A DNA stretch of 64,000 nucleotides from Patescibacteria group bacterium (GCA_041650915.1 JBAZKE010000001.1:251284-315283), one strand, 5' to 3'. Shown: positions 9,128 to 19,168, counted from the first letter of the stretch. The notes: generated by a model not told the origin, from the sequence alone. Program-made: numbers and translations.

Positions 9128-9537
9128 TGGTGGAAGCGAGGGGCATCGCACCCCTGTCCATGTAACCGGTTACAAAAACCTCTACAAGCGTAGTCTGTTT
9201 AATGGTGTCGGATCGAGGGGTAAGAACAGACAAAGCCCCCGCAACCCCGAGCCTTCAATTGGAGTTTAAGCGCCTGCGAAAAGGCTAACGCAGATGCCGA
9301 TTCCGGTAATGGCGCCCTGGTTCTCTACCGGACGTCGAGAGCAGGACGGCAGTTGGTTTTTAGGCAACTACTGGCGCAAAGGAAGGCACGGCAAATGCTT
9401 GCGCAAATGCGGTCTTCACCTTGCTAACAAATGATTTGGCATTTGTAATTTTCTACCGTTAGTTTAACGTCGTAGAGGTAAACTTGGACGGCTTGCTGTT
9501 TTTATAAACGTGCTACTGTCGATTTCTAAACGCTCCC
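9128..9537 (-). ncRNA. ssrA: tmRNA (ssrA), ~410 nt, CCA encoded
   Basis: Minus-strand 5' end GGGAGCGUUUAGAAAUCGACAGUAG resembles the B. subtilis tmRNA 5' end GGGGACGUUACGGAUUCGACAGGG. The 3' end GGACAGGGGUGCGAUGCCCCUCGCUUCCACCA has a T-arm plus acceptor. The acceptor pairs 5' GGGAGCG with 3' CGCUUCC and includes the G3:U70 Ala-identity wobble. Located directly downstream of smpB on the same strand. Internal candidate tag frame ...GCA UUU GCG CAA GCA UUU GCC GUG CCU UCC UUU GCG CCA GUA GUU GCC UAA. Confidence 0.65.
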
Positions 9538-9618
9538 CTGAGTACGTGTTGAGAGGTGAGTTTTTAGGTTTGAGTGGTATGGTTATTATACTCAAAACTC
9601 AATTCTCATTGCTCACAC

Positions 9619-10068
9619 CTACGCTTTGTTCCGCAAGAGCTGCCGTACCTGCCGGTCTGCATCGCGTTTTTTCATAAGCTCCCGTTTATCGTGGAGCTTT
9701 TTACCCCTACAGACCGCGATTTTTACCTTGATCAGACTTTTTTTAGTATAGATAGAAAGTGGCAGTACTGTCAAGCCCTTGCTGCTCAGTTTTCCAGTCA
9801 GTGAGGCGATTTCCCGTTCATGCAGGAGCAGCTTGCGGGACCGGGTTGGCTCGTACCCGCGTTGGCTCGATGACATCGCGTACGGGGAGACGTGCGCGTT
9901 GATAAGCCATATTTCACCGTCCCGTCCCGTAACGTAACTTCCCTTGAGGTTGCAGCGCCCGCCTTTGACTGATTTGACTTCCGACCCGGTCAGCACAATG
10001 CCAGCCTCAAACTCTTCGAGGATGTGGTAGTCATGTAGTGCGCGTTTGTTCGTGGCAAGCGTAGGCAT
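9619..10068 (-). CDS. smpB: SsrA-binding protein SmpB
   Basis: NKRALHDYHILEEFEAGIVLTGSEVKSVK...GYEPTRSRKLLLHEREIASL...KVKIAVCRGKKLHDKR is the canonical SmpB sequence. Confidence 0.9.
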   Translation of the reverse strand: MPTLATNKRALHDYHILEEFEAGIVLTGSEVKSVKGGRCNLKGSYVTGRDGEIWLINAHVSPYAMSSSQRGYEPTRSRKLLLHEREIASLTGKLSSKGLTVLPLSIYTKKSLIKVKIAVCRGKKLHDKRELMKKRDADRQVRQLLRNKA

Positions 10069-10138
10069 AGGGTTGCTTTCGTACTTCCATTATAGAGCAA
10101 TACGTCCGTGAGGGGAACTCGCGGTGGAGCTGTTTTTT

Positions 10139-10147
10139 TGCTATACT
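10139..10147 (+). promoter_or_regulatory. extended -10 element TGcTATACT, 9 nt upstream of the argS ATG (leaderless or near-leaderless)
   Basis: tgcTATACT at ~10139-10147, then acaggagct, then ATG at 10157. Confidence 0.4.
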
Positions 10148-10156
10148 ACAGGAGCT

Positions 10157-11800
10157 ATGAATCTTCTCGTAAATTTTCAGAAGAGGATTGACGCTGCGAT
10201 CGTAGAACTCTGGCCTCACGTTCGGGGCCAGCTTCGTGCTGCTGAAATCACGTATCCCCCCGATGAAAAGTTCGGGCACTACGCCACGAATGTCGCCATG
10301 CAGCTTGCGCCGATCGTACATGCAAATCCGATTGAGATCGCACAGCGGATAACCGAGAAGCTCGGTGCGGTTCCGGCTGCGGCGAGAGTGGAAGTGGTGC
10401 AGCCCGGTTTTATCAATTTTTTTGTCGATGAGGCGTGGCTCGTTCGGCAGGTCCGCCTGATCATCACCGAGAAACGGCGATTCGGTGCGAGCGCCGTCGG
10501 AAAAGGCATTCGGGTTCAGGTAGAATTTATTTCGGCGAATCCAACCGGCCCGCTCCATATCGGGAACGGCCGCGGCGGGTTCGCTGGGGATACGCTCGCC
10601 AACGTCCTCAAGCTGACCGGCCACACCGTACAGCGTGAGTACTACGTCAACGATATGGGCAAGCAGGTCGGCATCCTCGCGGAATCGGTCCTGAGGCGGT
10701 ACTGGCAGCATAAGGGGATCAAGAGCGAGTACCCGGAGTACTGCTACCAGGGAGCATACGTCGATGATCTCGCGAAGAAACTTTTTCTGCCGAACTATAA
10801 GCTCAACAATACCCAGAAACTTGAAGAGGTGCGGGAAAAAATCAAGGGGAGAATCCTGCAGCGGATGATCACGAGCATTAAAAAATTTTGCGAAAAAGAG
10901 CTCCGGATTAAATTCGATACGTGGTTTTCTGAGCGTGAGCTGTACGATTCGGGGCAGGTCGACATGGTGCTCGCAGCGTTGAAAGAACGGCAGCTGCTTT
11001 ACCGCTCTGAGGGTGCGCTGTGGCTCAGGACAAAACGGTTCGGCGATGACAAGGATCGCGTGCTCATCAAGGCGGACGGTGAGCCAGTATACTTCTTGTC
11101 TGACGTCGCATACCACTGGAATAAGTTCGCGAAGCGAAAGTTCGACAAGGTCATCGATGTGCTCGGCGCGGACCACCACGGCTATATCGGGAGGCTGCAG
11201 GCCGTCATGAGGATTTTTGAGTTCGACGCGAAGCTCGATGTTCTCATCACCCAGCTCGTCAGGCTTATCCGCGATGGCGAGGAGCTGAAGATGTCAAAAC
11301 GCGCCGGAACTTTTGTGCTGCTTGAGGAACTCGTGCGGGAGGTCGGCATTGATGCGGTCAGGTATTTTTACCTTATGCACGATTTCGGCACCCACATGGA
11401 TTTCGACCTCGATCTGGCGAAAAAGCAATCAAAGGACAACCCGGTGTACTATGTACAGTATGCCCACGCGCGAATCTGTAGTATACTGAGTAAGGCGAAG
11501 GGGTTGAAGACGGCCCCGCCTCAGCGGGGCAGCGCAGTCGAACCACCGGAGGCTGCGTTAATCAGGCTCCTCATCCGCTGGCCTGAGCTGCTCGTCGAGG
11601 TATCGCGCACGTACCAGGTGAGCAAACTTCCGTCTTACGCCGCCCAGCTCGCGATGCAGTTCCACGATTTCTATACCCGGTGCAGGGTCATTGATCATAA
11701 CATCGTCGACGAGCGCCGCCTCAACGTCATTAAGGCGACGAGGATCGTTCTACAGAATGCGCTGTCAGCAATGGGCATCAGCGCGCCCGATAAAATGTAG
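10157..11800 (+). CDS. argS: arginyl-tRNA synthetase
   Basis: Class I motifs PTGPLHIGNGRGG (HIGH-type) and ELKMSKRAG (KMSK), ~550 aa. The ORF-track start at 10124 is a GTG extension; the first ATG at 10157 gives MNLLVNFQKRID. Confidence 0.9.
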   Translation: MNLLVNFQKRIDAAIVELWPHVRGQLRAAEITYPPDEKFGHYATNVAMQLAPIVHANPIEIAQRITEKLGAVPAAARVEVVQPGFINFFVDEAWLVRQVRLIITEKRRFGASAVGKGIRVQVEFISANPTGPLHIGNGRGGFAGDTLANVLKLTGHTVQREYYVNDMGKQVGILAESVLRRYWQHKGIKSEYPEYCYQGAYVDDLAKKLFLPNYKLNNTQKLEEVREKIKGRILQRMITSIKKFCEKELRIKFDTWFSERELYDSGQVDMVLAALKERQLLYRSEGALWLRTKRFGDDKDRVLIKADGEPVYFLSDVAYHWNKFAKRKFDKVIDVLGADHHGYIGRLQAVMRIFEFDAKLDVLITQLVRLIRDGEELKMSKRAGTFVLLEELVREVGIDAVRYFYLMHDFGTHMDFDLDLAKKQSKDNPVYYVQYAHARICSILSKAKGLKTAPPQRGSAVEPPEAALIRLLIRWPELLVEVSRTYQVSKLPSYAAQLAMQFHDFYTRCRVIDHNIVDERRLNVIKATRIVLQNALSAMGISAPDKM

Positions 11801-11819
11801 TAGATTTATTTTTTCTCAC

Positions 11820-12962
11820 ATGAGAATCGGCATCGACTGCAGGACAATTTTAAACCCGAAGCTCGGTGAACGGGCCGGTGTGGGGCACTACACGTACTAC
11901 CTCGTGAAGAGCATTTTGAAGTACGACAAGAAGAACGAATACGTGCTACTCTTTGACTGGAGGTTTCGCAACATGGCGGAGTTTGAGCAGAAGAACGTCC
12001 GGGTAAAAAACTTGCCGTTTTCACAGTACAATAAGTTCCTTCCTTTCGCATATTCGCACATGCTGATTTCCGCCTACCTCCTGAAGCAGGGGCTCGACCT
12101 GTTTCATTCGCCGATTTCATCACTGCCGCTTACGTACCCGAAGAAGTCGATCATCACAGTCCACGACCTGGCAATTTATAAAAATCCGTCCTGGTTTCCG
12201 TCCCAGATTTTTTCTACTAAGCTGCTCGTGCCGCGGAGCTTGAGCGCAGCGGATAAAATCATCGCCGTCTCACAGAGCACCAAGCGGGACCTCAAGCAGA
12301 TTTTTAACGTGCCGGGGAAGAAAGTGCAGGTTATCTACGAAGCGACGCGGGTAGATAAGATCCCGGTGAAGAACAAGAGCCTGGATAGCTTAAAGAAGTT
12401 TAAGCTTCCCCGCAGGTACGTATATTTCATCGGCACGCTCGAGCCGCGCAAGAACCTCATTACCCTCATCCGGGCATATAGAAGGCTGATCTCGCAGGGG
12501 CCCGAATTCAGGAACTACAGCCTCGTCATCGCGGGCGCGAAGTCATACAAGCACGAAGCGGTATTTGATGAGATCACCGCTCTCAAGCTTAAGAAGTACG
12601 TGAAGTACCTCGGGTACGTCACGCACAACCAGAAGATTGAGCTGATGAAGAAAGCTTCTTGTTTCGTATTTCCCTCGGCGTATGAGGGTTTCGGGCTGCC
12701 GGTACTTGAGGCAATGGCGCTCGGGACGCCCGTCATCACGACGAACGTTTCATCCCTCCCGGAGATCACCGGCAAGGCCGCCCGGCTCGTAGATCCGGAA
12801 GACGAGCAGCAGCTCGCCGGGGCGCTCAGAGAGGTTCTGGGCAGCACGCAGCTGCAGCAGCGGCTGGAGAAGGCCGGAATTGAACGTGCGCGGTATTTCA
12901 CGTGGGAACGCAGCGCAAAAGAGACGATTAAGCTGTATGAGAGCATGAAGGGAGGCAGCTAA
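11820..12962 (+). CDS. family GT4 (GT-B) glycosyltransferase
   Basis: MRIGIDCRTILNPKLGERAGVGHYTYYLV N-terminus. C-terminal EGFGLPVLEAMALGTPVITTNVSSLPEI nucleotide-sugar-binding motif typical of GT4. The ORF-track start (11691) overlaps argS; the internal ATG at 11820 was chosen. Confidence 0.8.
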   Translation: MRIGIDCRTILNPKLGERAGVGHYTYYLVKSILKYDKKNEYVLLFDWRFRNMAEFEQKNVRVKNLPFSQYNKFLPFAYSHMLISAYLLKQGLDLFHSPISSLPLTYPKKSIITVHDLAIYKNPSWFPSQIFSTKLLVPRSLSAADKIIAVSQSTKRDLKQIFNVPGKKVQVIYEATRVDKIPVKNKSLDSLKKFKLPRRYVYFIGTLEPRKNLITLIRAYRRLISQGPEFRNYSLVIAGAKSYKHEAVFDEITALKLKKYVKYLGYVTHNQKIELMKKASCFVFPSAYEGFGLPVLEAMALGTPVITTNVSSLPEITGKAARLVDPEDEQQLAGALREVLGSTQLQQRLEKAGIERARYFTWERSAKETIKLYESMKGGS

Positions 12963-12967
12963 CCCCC

Positions 12968-13246
12968 ATGTGGTACCAGCAGGGCAAAGGCGGAATGCAA
13001 ATCGGCGTGAAGGTAAAGCCTGGAGCACCCGAGAGCAGGGTCGTCGGCGTATACGGCGATTTTTTGAAAGTGGACGTGGCAGCGCAGCCCGAGAAGGGCA
13101 AAGCAAACGATGCGCTTGTAAAAGTTTTGAGCAAGCACTTCAAGGTGCCGCGCGACGGCATTACGATTGTCCACGGCAAGAACCAGGCGCGCAAGCTTGT
13201 TTTCCTCAAGGTTGGGAAAAATGCACTGATCGAATCTGCTGATTAG
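12968..13246 (+). CDS. DUF167 / YggU-family small protein
   Basis: GVKVKPGAPESRVVGVYGDFLKVDVAAQPEKGKANDALVKVLSKHFKVPRDGITIVHGK matches the YggU pattern (V.PGA....v.g..gd.LkV.v.A.P..GkAN..L...L.k..v.k..v.iv.G). Confidence 0.6.
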   Translation: MWYQQGKGGMQIGVKVKPGAPESRVVGVYGDFLKVDVAAQPEKGKANDALVKVLSKHFKVPRDGITIVHGKNQARKLVFLKVGKNALIESAD

Positions 13247-13425
13247 TGGAGCTGGCGCCGCGTACGCCTTGCTTGCCGTTCGCTTTTTGTATTTACAATC
13301 CTACGCGTTTACGGGGCATGATGAAAATCAGCATGAATGATTTTTTTACTTTCCGCATTGCCCGTGGGGCATTGATACCCTTGCTTTCATGATGATTTTC
13401 AGCTAGAATAGACCTACATTTTATT

Positions 13426-16347
13426 ATGGCAAAAAGAGAGCAAAAGGATTCTCATGTTAGCTTTCCTGAGATGGAGCAGGAGGTGCTCGCATTCTGGGAA
13501 AAAGAAAATATTTTCAAAAAGACACTCGACAAGACAAAGGGCGGGGAATCGTTTGTTTTCTTTGAAGGCCCGCCGACGGCTAACGGAAAGCCGGGCATCC
13601 ACCACGTTCTCGCCCGTGCGTACAAGGACATTATGTTGCGCTATAAAACGATGCGGGGATTTTTTGTTGAGCGGAAAGCGGGCTGGGATACGCACGGCCT
13701 TCCGGTCGAGCTGCAGGTAGAGAAAGAGCTCGGCATTTCAGGCAAGCCTGACATAGAAAAGTACGGCATTGCCGAGTTCAACGCGAAGTGCCGGGAGTCG
13801 GTGTGGAAGTACAAGAGAGAGTGGGAAGAGCTCACGAAGCGAATCGGCTTCTGGCTTGACCTCGACCGCCCGTACGTGACGTACGAGAATGACTACGTCG
13901 AGTCCCTCTGGTGGGTCATTAAGCAGGTGTGGGACAGGGGATTGCTCTATAAGGGGCATAAGGTCGTGCCGCACTGCCCGCGCTGCGGGACCGCGCTCTC
14001 ATCGCACGAAGTTGCGCAGGGTTATAAATCGGTCAAAGATAATTCCGTCTACCTCAAGTTCAAAGTGCTCGGCGAGGACGATACCTACATCCTGTCCTGG
14101 ACTACGACACCGTGGACATTGCCAGGCAATGTTGCGCTCGCTGTCGGTGAAAAAATTGACTACGTAAGGGCAAAGGTTGGCAAAGAGATTTTCATACTCG
14201 CGCAGGCTGCACTCGGACGGATCGCCGAGAAGTGCAAGGTTATCGAGGAACTGAAGGGTTCCGCACTCGTCGGCACACGGTACGAACCGCTCTTCGATAT
14301 CGCGGCGTTGCAGTCGGAGACATCGCATCAGGTGTATGCCGCGGACTTCGTGAATACAGAGGAGGGTACGGGCGTCGTGCACACGGCGGTTATGTATGGC
14401 GAAGATGATTACCAGCTCGGCGAGAAGGTGGGGCTGCCCAAGCACCACACGGTTGATGAGAATGGGAAGTTCACCGATGACGTTCCTGAGTTCGCCGGAA
14501 AATTTGTCAAAGATAAGGATGTTGAGAGGGGCATCGTTGCACTCCTCAGAGGCCGGGGTGTGCTGTACCATGAAGAGTTGCATGAGCATGACTATCCGTT
14601 CTGCTGGCGCTGCGATACCCCGCTCCTGTACTACGCCAAAGATTCCTGGTTCATCAGGATGAGCGAGCTGAAAAAAGAGCTCATCAATAATAATAATGAG
14701 ATTAACTGGGTGCCAGGGTACATCAAGCACGGGAGGTTCGGGGAGTGGCTCAACGAGGTCAAAGACTGGGCTTTCTCGCGGGAACGCTACTGGGGCACAC
14801 CGCTCCCTATCTGGGAGTCCGATGACGGCGACCGGATCTGCATCGGTTCATTCGCGGAACTCAAGGAGCTCGCGAAGGATCCATCGAAGGTCGGGGATCG
14901 ATTTGATCCGCACAGGCCTTTTGTCGATGAGATTGAGATCGTGAGGGACGGGAAAACATTCCGCCGGATCAAGGAAGTCGCCGATGTGTGGTTCGATTCC
15001 GGCTCTATGCCGTTTGCCCAGTGGCACTACCCGTTTGAAAACAGAGGCCGAATTGATGACAATGTAAGTTTTCCGGCAGCGTATATCGCCGAAGCGATTG
15101 ACCAGACGCGCGGATGGTTCTATACGCTCCTCGCCGTCTCAACGCTCCTGCAGAAGAGTTCGCCGTACCGCAATGTCATTTGCCTCGGGCACATCATGGA
15201 TTCGACAGGGCAGAAGATGTCGAAGTCCCGCGGGAACGTCGTGGACCCTTTTACGATGGTTGGCACGTACGGCGCTGACGCGCTGCGGTGGCACCTCTTC
15301 ACCATGAACCAGCCGGGCGATACGAAGCTCTTTGACGAGAAGAGCCTTGAGGATGTCGTGAAAAAGTACTGGCTCATTCTGTGGAACGTGCTCTCCTTCT
15401 GGAAGATGTACGCCGGGGAATTTAAGCGGACTGACGCCTATGAGCCGCCGCGGGCGCCGCACGTACTCGATCGTTGGATAATAGCCCGTCTGCACGAGCT
15501 GGCAAGCCAGGTCTCCGGCAAGCTGGATCGGTACGCCGTTACTGAAGCCGCACGGTCAATCGGCGAATTTATCGCCGAGCTCTCTACCTGGTATCTTAGG
15601 CGGTCACGTTCCCGGTTTAAGCACGCGGGCGCCGTGCGCCAGGATGCGGTTGCGGTGCTCCACTACGTGCTCATGACGCTGTCCAAGCTCCTTGCTCCAT
15701 TCGTTCCTTTCATAGCCGAGAGCCTGTACCGTGAGGTCATGCCACGCGGCAGCGGAGCAGAGAGCGTCCACCTCGCCGACTGGCCGCAGGCGGACGCTGC
15801 CCGCATTGATAAGAAGGTTTTGAAAGGGATGGCCACGGTCCGGCAGGCCGTGGAGCTGGGGCACTCTCTGCGCAAGGAGAAGAAGCTCAAGGTACGCCAG
15901 CCGCTTGCCCAATTTGTCGTCCGTACCAAAGCTCTGGACCCTGAGCTTAAGGAGCTTATCAAAGAGGAGGTCAATGTCGATGAGGTCGTGGCCGTCGATG
16001 AGCTGCCCGTGTATGACGAGTTCGTTTTCAAGGAGGCCCCGGGGCTTGCCGTTGCGCTTGATACGACGATTACCGACGAGCTGCGCCAGCGCGGCATCGT
16101 GCGCGAGATGGTGCGCCACATCAATGCGATGCGGAAAGATGCGAAGCTGACGATCGAAGATACGATAACCGTCTACTATGAAATCACTAACGAGGAGCTG
16201 CGGGGCATCTTTAAGCATTATCGGGAGCGGATCTGCCGTGAGGTTATTGCAGTGACATGTCTCGAGGAGCTTCCGGAAAACGTTGACCTCAAGACGGTAC
16301 TTGAGATATCGGGGAACAAGATAACCTTCGGCATCAAGCAGCAGTAA
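13426..16347 (+). CDS. ileS: isoleucyl-tRNA synthetase (type 2, eukaryote/archaea-like)
   Basis: EGPPTANGKPGIHHVLARAYKD (HxGH-type motif), DWAFSRERYWGTPLPIW (IleRS editing/CP1 signature, cf. DWCISRQRYWG), KMSKSRGN. 973 aa. Confidence 0.9.
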   Translation: MAKREQKDSHVSFPEMEQEVLAFWEKENIFKKTLDKTKGGESFVFFEGPPTANGKPGIHHVLARAYKDIMLRYKTMRGFFVERKAGWDTHGLPVELQVEKELGISGKPDIEKYGIAEFNAKCRESVWKYKREWEELTKRIGFWLDLDRPYVTYENDYVESLWWVIKQVWDRGLLYKGHKVVPHCPRCGTALSSHEVAQGYKSVKDNSVYLKFKVLGEDDTYILSWTTTPWTLPGNVALAVGEKIDYVRAKVGKEIFILAQAALGRIAEKCKVIEELKGSALVGTRYEPLFDIAALQSETSHQVYAADFVNTEEGTGVVHTAVMYGEDDYQLGEKVGLPKHHTVDENGKFTDDVPEFAGKFVKDKDVERGIVALLRGRGVLYHEELHEHDYPFCWRCDTPLLYYAKDSWFIRMSELKKELINNNNEINWVPGYIKHGRFGEWLNEVKDWAFSRERYWGTPLPIWESDDGDRICIGSFAELKELAKDPSKVGDRFDPHRPFVDEIEIVRDGKTFRRIKEVADVWFDSGSMPFAQWHYPFENRGRIDDNVSFPAAYIAEAIDQTRGWFYTLLAVSTLLQKSSPYRNVICLGHIMDSTGQKMSKSRGNVVDPFTMVGTYGADALRWHLFTMNQPGDTKLFDEKSLEDVVKKYWLILWNVLSFWKMYAGEFKRTDAYEPPRAPHVLDRWIIARLHELASQVSGKLDRYAVTEAARSIGEFIAELSTWYLRRSRSRFKHAGAVRQDAVAVLHYVLMTLSKLLAPFVPFIAESLYREVMPRGSGAESVHLADWPQADAARIDKKVLKGMATVRQAVELGHSLRKEKKLKVRQPLAQFVVRTKALDPELKELIKEEVNVDEVVAVDELPVYDEFVFKEAPGLAVALDTTITDELRQRGIVREMVRHINAMRKDAKLTIEDTITVYYEITNEELRGIFKHYRERICREVIAVTCLEELPENVDLKTVLEISGNKITFGIKQQ

Positions 16348-16359
16348 AGCTCCTGCCTT

Positions 16360-17115
16360 ATGGGGACATACTACGTCCGCGGGATCATACTCATGCACCA
16401 GGATTTCCGTGAAGCTGACCGCCTCATCACCGTCTATACGGAGGAGTACGGCAAGCTTAGGCTGCTCGCCCGCGGGGTGCGGAAGGTTTCGAGCAAGCTC
16501 GCCGGCAACCTCGAGCCGTATGCACTCGCGCGGCTTCATGTCGTACGGGGGAGGCGGTACGATACGGTTGCCGCTTCTGACGTTGAAAAAACTTTTAATG
16601 GCATCAGGCGAGACCTGAAGCGAACGTACCTCGCCGCCTACTTTTCGTCCGTGGTCGAGTATGCCGTGCCTGGCAGCGTGAGGGATGCAGGCATCTATGC
16701 CTTGATCCGGCAGGCGTTCAGTACGCTCGAGCACGCAACGACGAATCCGGTCCGGCGGATGAAACTCGTATGGTTTTTTGTCTGGCAGCTCCTCGCGCAC
16801 GTCGGCTACGGGCCGGAGCTCCAGGCGTGCCTCGCATGCAGGAAGAAGTTGCGACCTGCGGTGCACACGTTCAGCTTCACGCGCGGCGGCATTGTCTGTA
16901 CGGCATGCTCTGAGGGGCCTTCTGGTGCCGATGCAAAGATCAGGCCGAATGCCATCAAAGCCCTCCGGATCGTATGCCGCGGGCGGTGGCAAGATGCGGT
17001 ACGGCTGCGGACCGGTGCCGATACGGCGCGTGAACTGACGTCACTCACGGAAGCGTACCTCAGCTTTATCCTCGAGCGGCCCCTGCCGCTCACCCAGTTT
17101 TTCGCGCCCGAATAA
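16360..17115 (+). CDS. recO: DNA repair protein RecO
   Basis: N-terminal OB-fold region GIILMHQDFREADRLITVYTEEYGKLRLLARGVRK and a C-terminal zinc finger CLACRKK...CTAC. ~250 aa. Confidence 0.85.
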   Translation: MGTYYVRGIILMHQDFREADRLITVYTEEYGKLRLLARGVRKVSSKLAGNLEPYALARLHVVRGRRYDTVAASDVEKTFNGIRRDLKRTYLAAYFSSVVEYAVPGSVRDAGIYALIRQAFSTLEHATTNPVRRMKLVWFFVWQLLAHVGYGPELQACLACRKKLRPAVHTFSFTRGGIVCTACSEGPSGADAKIRPNAIKALRIVCRGRWQDAVRLRTGADTARELTSLTEAYLSFILERPLPLTQFFAPE

Positions 17116-17118
17116 TTT

Positions 17119-17127
17119 TGCTATACT
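17119..17127 (+). promoter_or_regulatory. extended -10 element TGcTATACT, 13 nt upstream of the ATG at 17141
   Basis: tttTGcTATACTgagcgtaatagctATG. Confidence 0.35.
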
Positions 17128-17140
17128 GAGCGTAATAGCT

Positions 17141-19168
17141 ATGCCGATACAAAAAGGAGAAGAAAACAAGCCGCCAGAGGGGAAGAAAGTTTCCGTGCGT
17201 GCAGCCCGCTTGGAAGATTCGCCTGAAAAATCCGTGCTACCCCCTGGTGCCAAGGATTTTGCGAGTATTTACCGTGATGCGCGCGGGAAGCTCGGGTCCA
17301 TGGGTACGATTGAGCGGAGCGATCCAAACAGGAAAAAGAAAATTATCGGATGGATCGTCGTTGTCGTGCTCGTTCTCGCGGGCGTTTCGATCGGCGGTTT
17401 TTACTACTTCATGAACACAGAGGACTCTTTTAGCGACGACAATATCGAAATATCAGTGCTTCGCTCCCCGGCACTTTCCTCCGGTGATTCGACCGGCTTT
17501 ACCATTACGGTCAAGAACACTGCGGCAATCGCGCTTAGGAATGTCGAGCTCACGGTGCGCTACCCGGAAGAGTTTCGGTTCAATTCTTCCTCTCCGCTCG
17601 CGGACAACGCAGCAAACAACGCATGGACCCTTGGGGAAATTCCTGCGGGCGGATCTGAGTCTGTCGAGGTGACCGGGCAGCTCTTCGGCAGCGTCGGCAG
17701 TACGATCGGTTTTTCCAGCCTGCTGAGCTATATGCCGGCGAATTTCAATTCCGAGTTTCAGAAACGCGAGGATTTCAACGTCATCATCGCGAGTTCCGTA
17801 CTCAACTTTGACGTAAATGCACCGGCCCGCGTCATCAGTGAGAACCCTGAGCAGTATTCGTATACCATCACTAACAATTCGAGCGAGCCGATTGACCGGA
17901 TCCGTTTTCACCTGACAATACCCGATGATTTCGCCACATCCGATTTTAATCCCGCCCCGACGGACGGAACTGCGACGTGGGAAATCGCGCGGCTCGATCC
18001 TGCAGGGTCATACACCGTCTCGTTTAACGGCACTGTAACCGCCGCCGAAGGTTCGATGCGTGAAGTGAAAGCTGCGGTGGGGTACGTCGATGCTGACGGG
18101 ACGTACCATGAGCAGATGGCCGAAACTTCAATCGTGTTTGTCATCAATCCGGAGCTCACCGTTGAGCTTGACGCTGTTACGGTGAGCGAGTACGGAACGG
18201 TACCGTTCGGGGGTTCGCTTGACTACACGCTCAGCTATAATAATGCGAGCCAGTCCGTGATCAACAACCTCGTACTCGCCGTTGAGTTCAACGATACCGT
18301 ACTCAACTGGGAGTCGCTCGTCGATACGAATGGCGGGGCCGTATCCGAGAACACCATACAGTGGGACAGTAGCGAGGTGAGCGGGCTTGAATCGGTCAAA
18401 CCGGGCGACAGCGGCGAGCTGAAGTTTAGCATCAACCTCCTTGAAAACATTGTAGCTAAGGATACTGACGAACGGAATTATTCCGTGCAGGCAACTGCAT
18501 ACGCCCGCTCCGATGATGTAGTCGACCTCGAGGGGGGCGTATTCGAAGTTGTATCTGAGCCTGTTGAAGTCAAGGTCAGCAGCCGGCTCGATCTGCGCGC
18601 TGAGGGCCGGTACTATAGTGATGAATACATTGCGGTCGGAGACGGGCCGATTCCGCCGGTAGTCGGTGAGACAACGACGTACCAGATTTATTGGTACATC
18701 CAGAATGGGACGAACGAGGTGGACGAGGTAACGGTCACGGCTACGCTCCCGGATGACGTTGTATGGGAGGAAGATAGCTCGATCAGCGCTGGAGAGCTCA
18801 GCTATGACGAATCTACGCGCGCCATAACGTGGTCAATCAATCGGATTCTCGCACATGTCGGGCAGCTTAGCCCGGAGCTCAGCTGCAGGTTTGCGATATC
18901 GGTTACGCCGGACGCCTCGGACAGCGGTACGCTCATGACGCTGCTCGGAAAGAGCACTATCAGCGGGCATGATTCGTTCGCCGGGCACGGCGTGGAAGGT
19001 GTAGAAGACCTCATCACGTCCAACTTAGAATCAGATCCCCAGGCAGTGGGGCAGGGCCTCGTGACGAGCGGCAGTACAGCCAACACGAATAGCGGCACAA
19101 ACGCAAATACCAACCTCAGCTCTAATACAAACAGCGCGGTCAACACAAATTCGCCCGGGGGGTATTGA
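17141..19168 (+). CDS. membrane-anchored surface protein with four DUF11-type (conserved repeat domain) repeats and an S/T/N-rich C-terminal tail
   Basis: One TM (IIGWIVVVVLVLAGVSIGGFYYF). Repeats with the DUF11 hallmark (...NAWTLGEIPAGGSESVEVTG; ...ATWEIARLDPAGSYTVSFNGTVTA; ...ITWSINRILAHVGQ). Tail TANTNSGTNANTNLSSNTNSAVNTNSPGGY. Confidence 0.6.
   Translation: MPIQKGEENKPPEGKKVSVRAARLEDSPEKSVLPPGAKDFASIYRDARGKLGSMGTIERSDPNRKKKIIGWIVVVVLVLAGVSIGGFYYFMNTEDSFSDDNIEISVLRSPALSSGDSTGFTITVKNTAAIALRNVELTVRYPEEFRFNSSSPLADNAANNAWTLGEIPAGGSESVEVTGQLFGSVGSTIGFSSLLSYMPANFNSEFQKREDFNVIIASSVLNFDVNAPARVISENPEQYSYTITNNSSEPIDRIRFHLTIPDDFATSDFNPAPTDGTATWEIARLDPAGSYTVSFNGTVTAAEGSMREVKAAVGYVDADGTYHEQMAETSIVFVINPELTVELDAVTVSEYGTVPFGGSLDYTLSYNNASQSVINNLVLAVEFNDTVLNWESLVDTNGGAVSENTIQWDSSEVSGLESVKPGDSGELKFSINLLENIVAKDTDERNYSVQATAYARSDDVVDLEGGVFEVVSEPVEVKVSSRLDLRAEGRYYSDEYIAVGDGPIPPVVGETTTYQIYWYIQNGTNEVDEVTVTATLPDDVVWEEDSSISAGELSYDESTRAITWSINRILAHVGQLSPELSCRFAISVTPDASDSGTLMTLLGKSTISGHDSFAGHGVEGVEDLITSNLESDPQAVGQGLVTSGSTANTNSGTNANTNLSSNTNSAVNTNSPGGY

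Noticed and set aside
10031-11179. 382-aa ORF on the minus strand
   Set aside because: Entirely antisense to argS, which has unambiguous class I synthetase motifs. Composition typical of spurious high-GC antisense ORFs. No motif recognised.
13247-13425. Possible T-box or riboswitch leader upstream of ileS
   Set aside because: No T-box consensus (AGGGUGGNACCGCG) or specifier-loop architecture visible. Only short imperfect repeats (ggggcatgatg / ggggcattgat).
13999-14730. 243-aa minus-strand ORF
   Set aside because: Antisense within ileS. No recognisable domain.
15604-16992. 462-aa ORF on the minus strand
   Set aside because: Antisense to the 3' end of ileS and all of recO, both strongly supported. 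Arg/Pro-rich translation typical of a wrong-frame GC-rich read.
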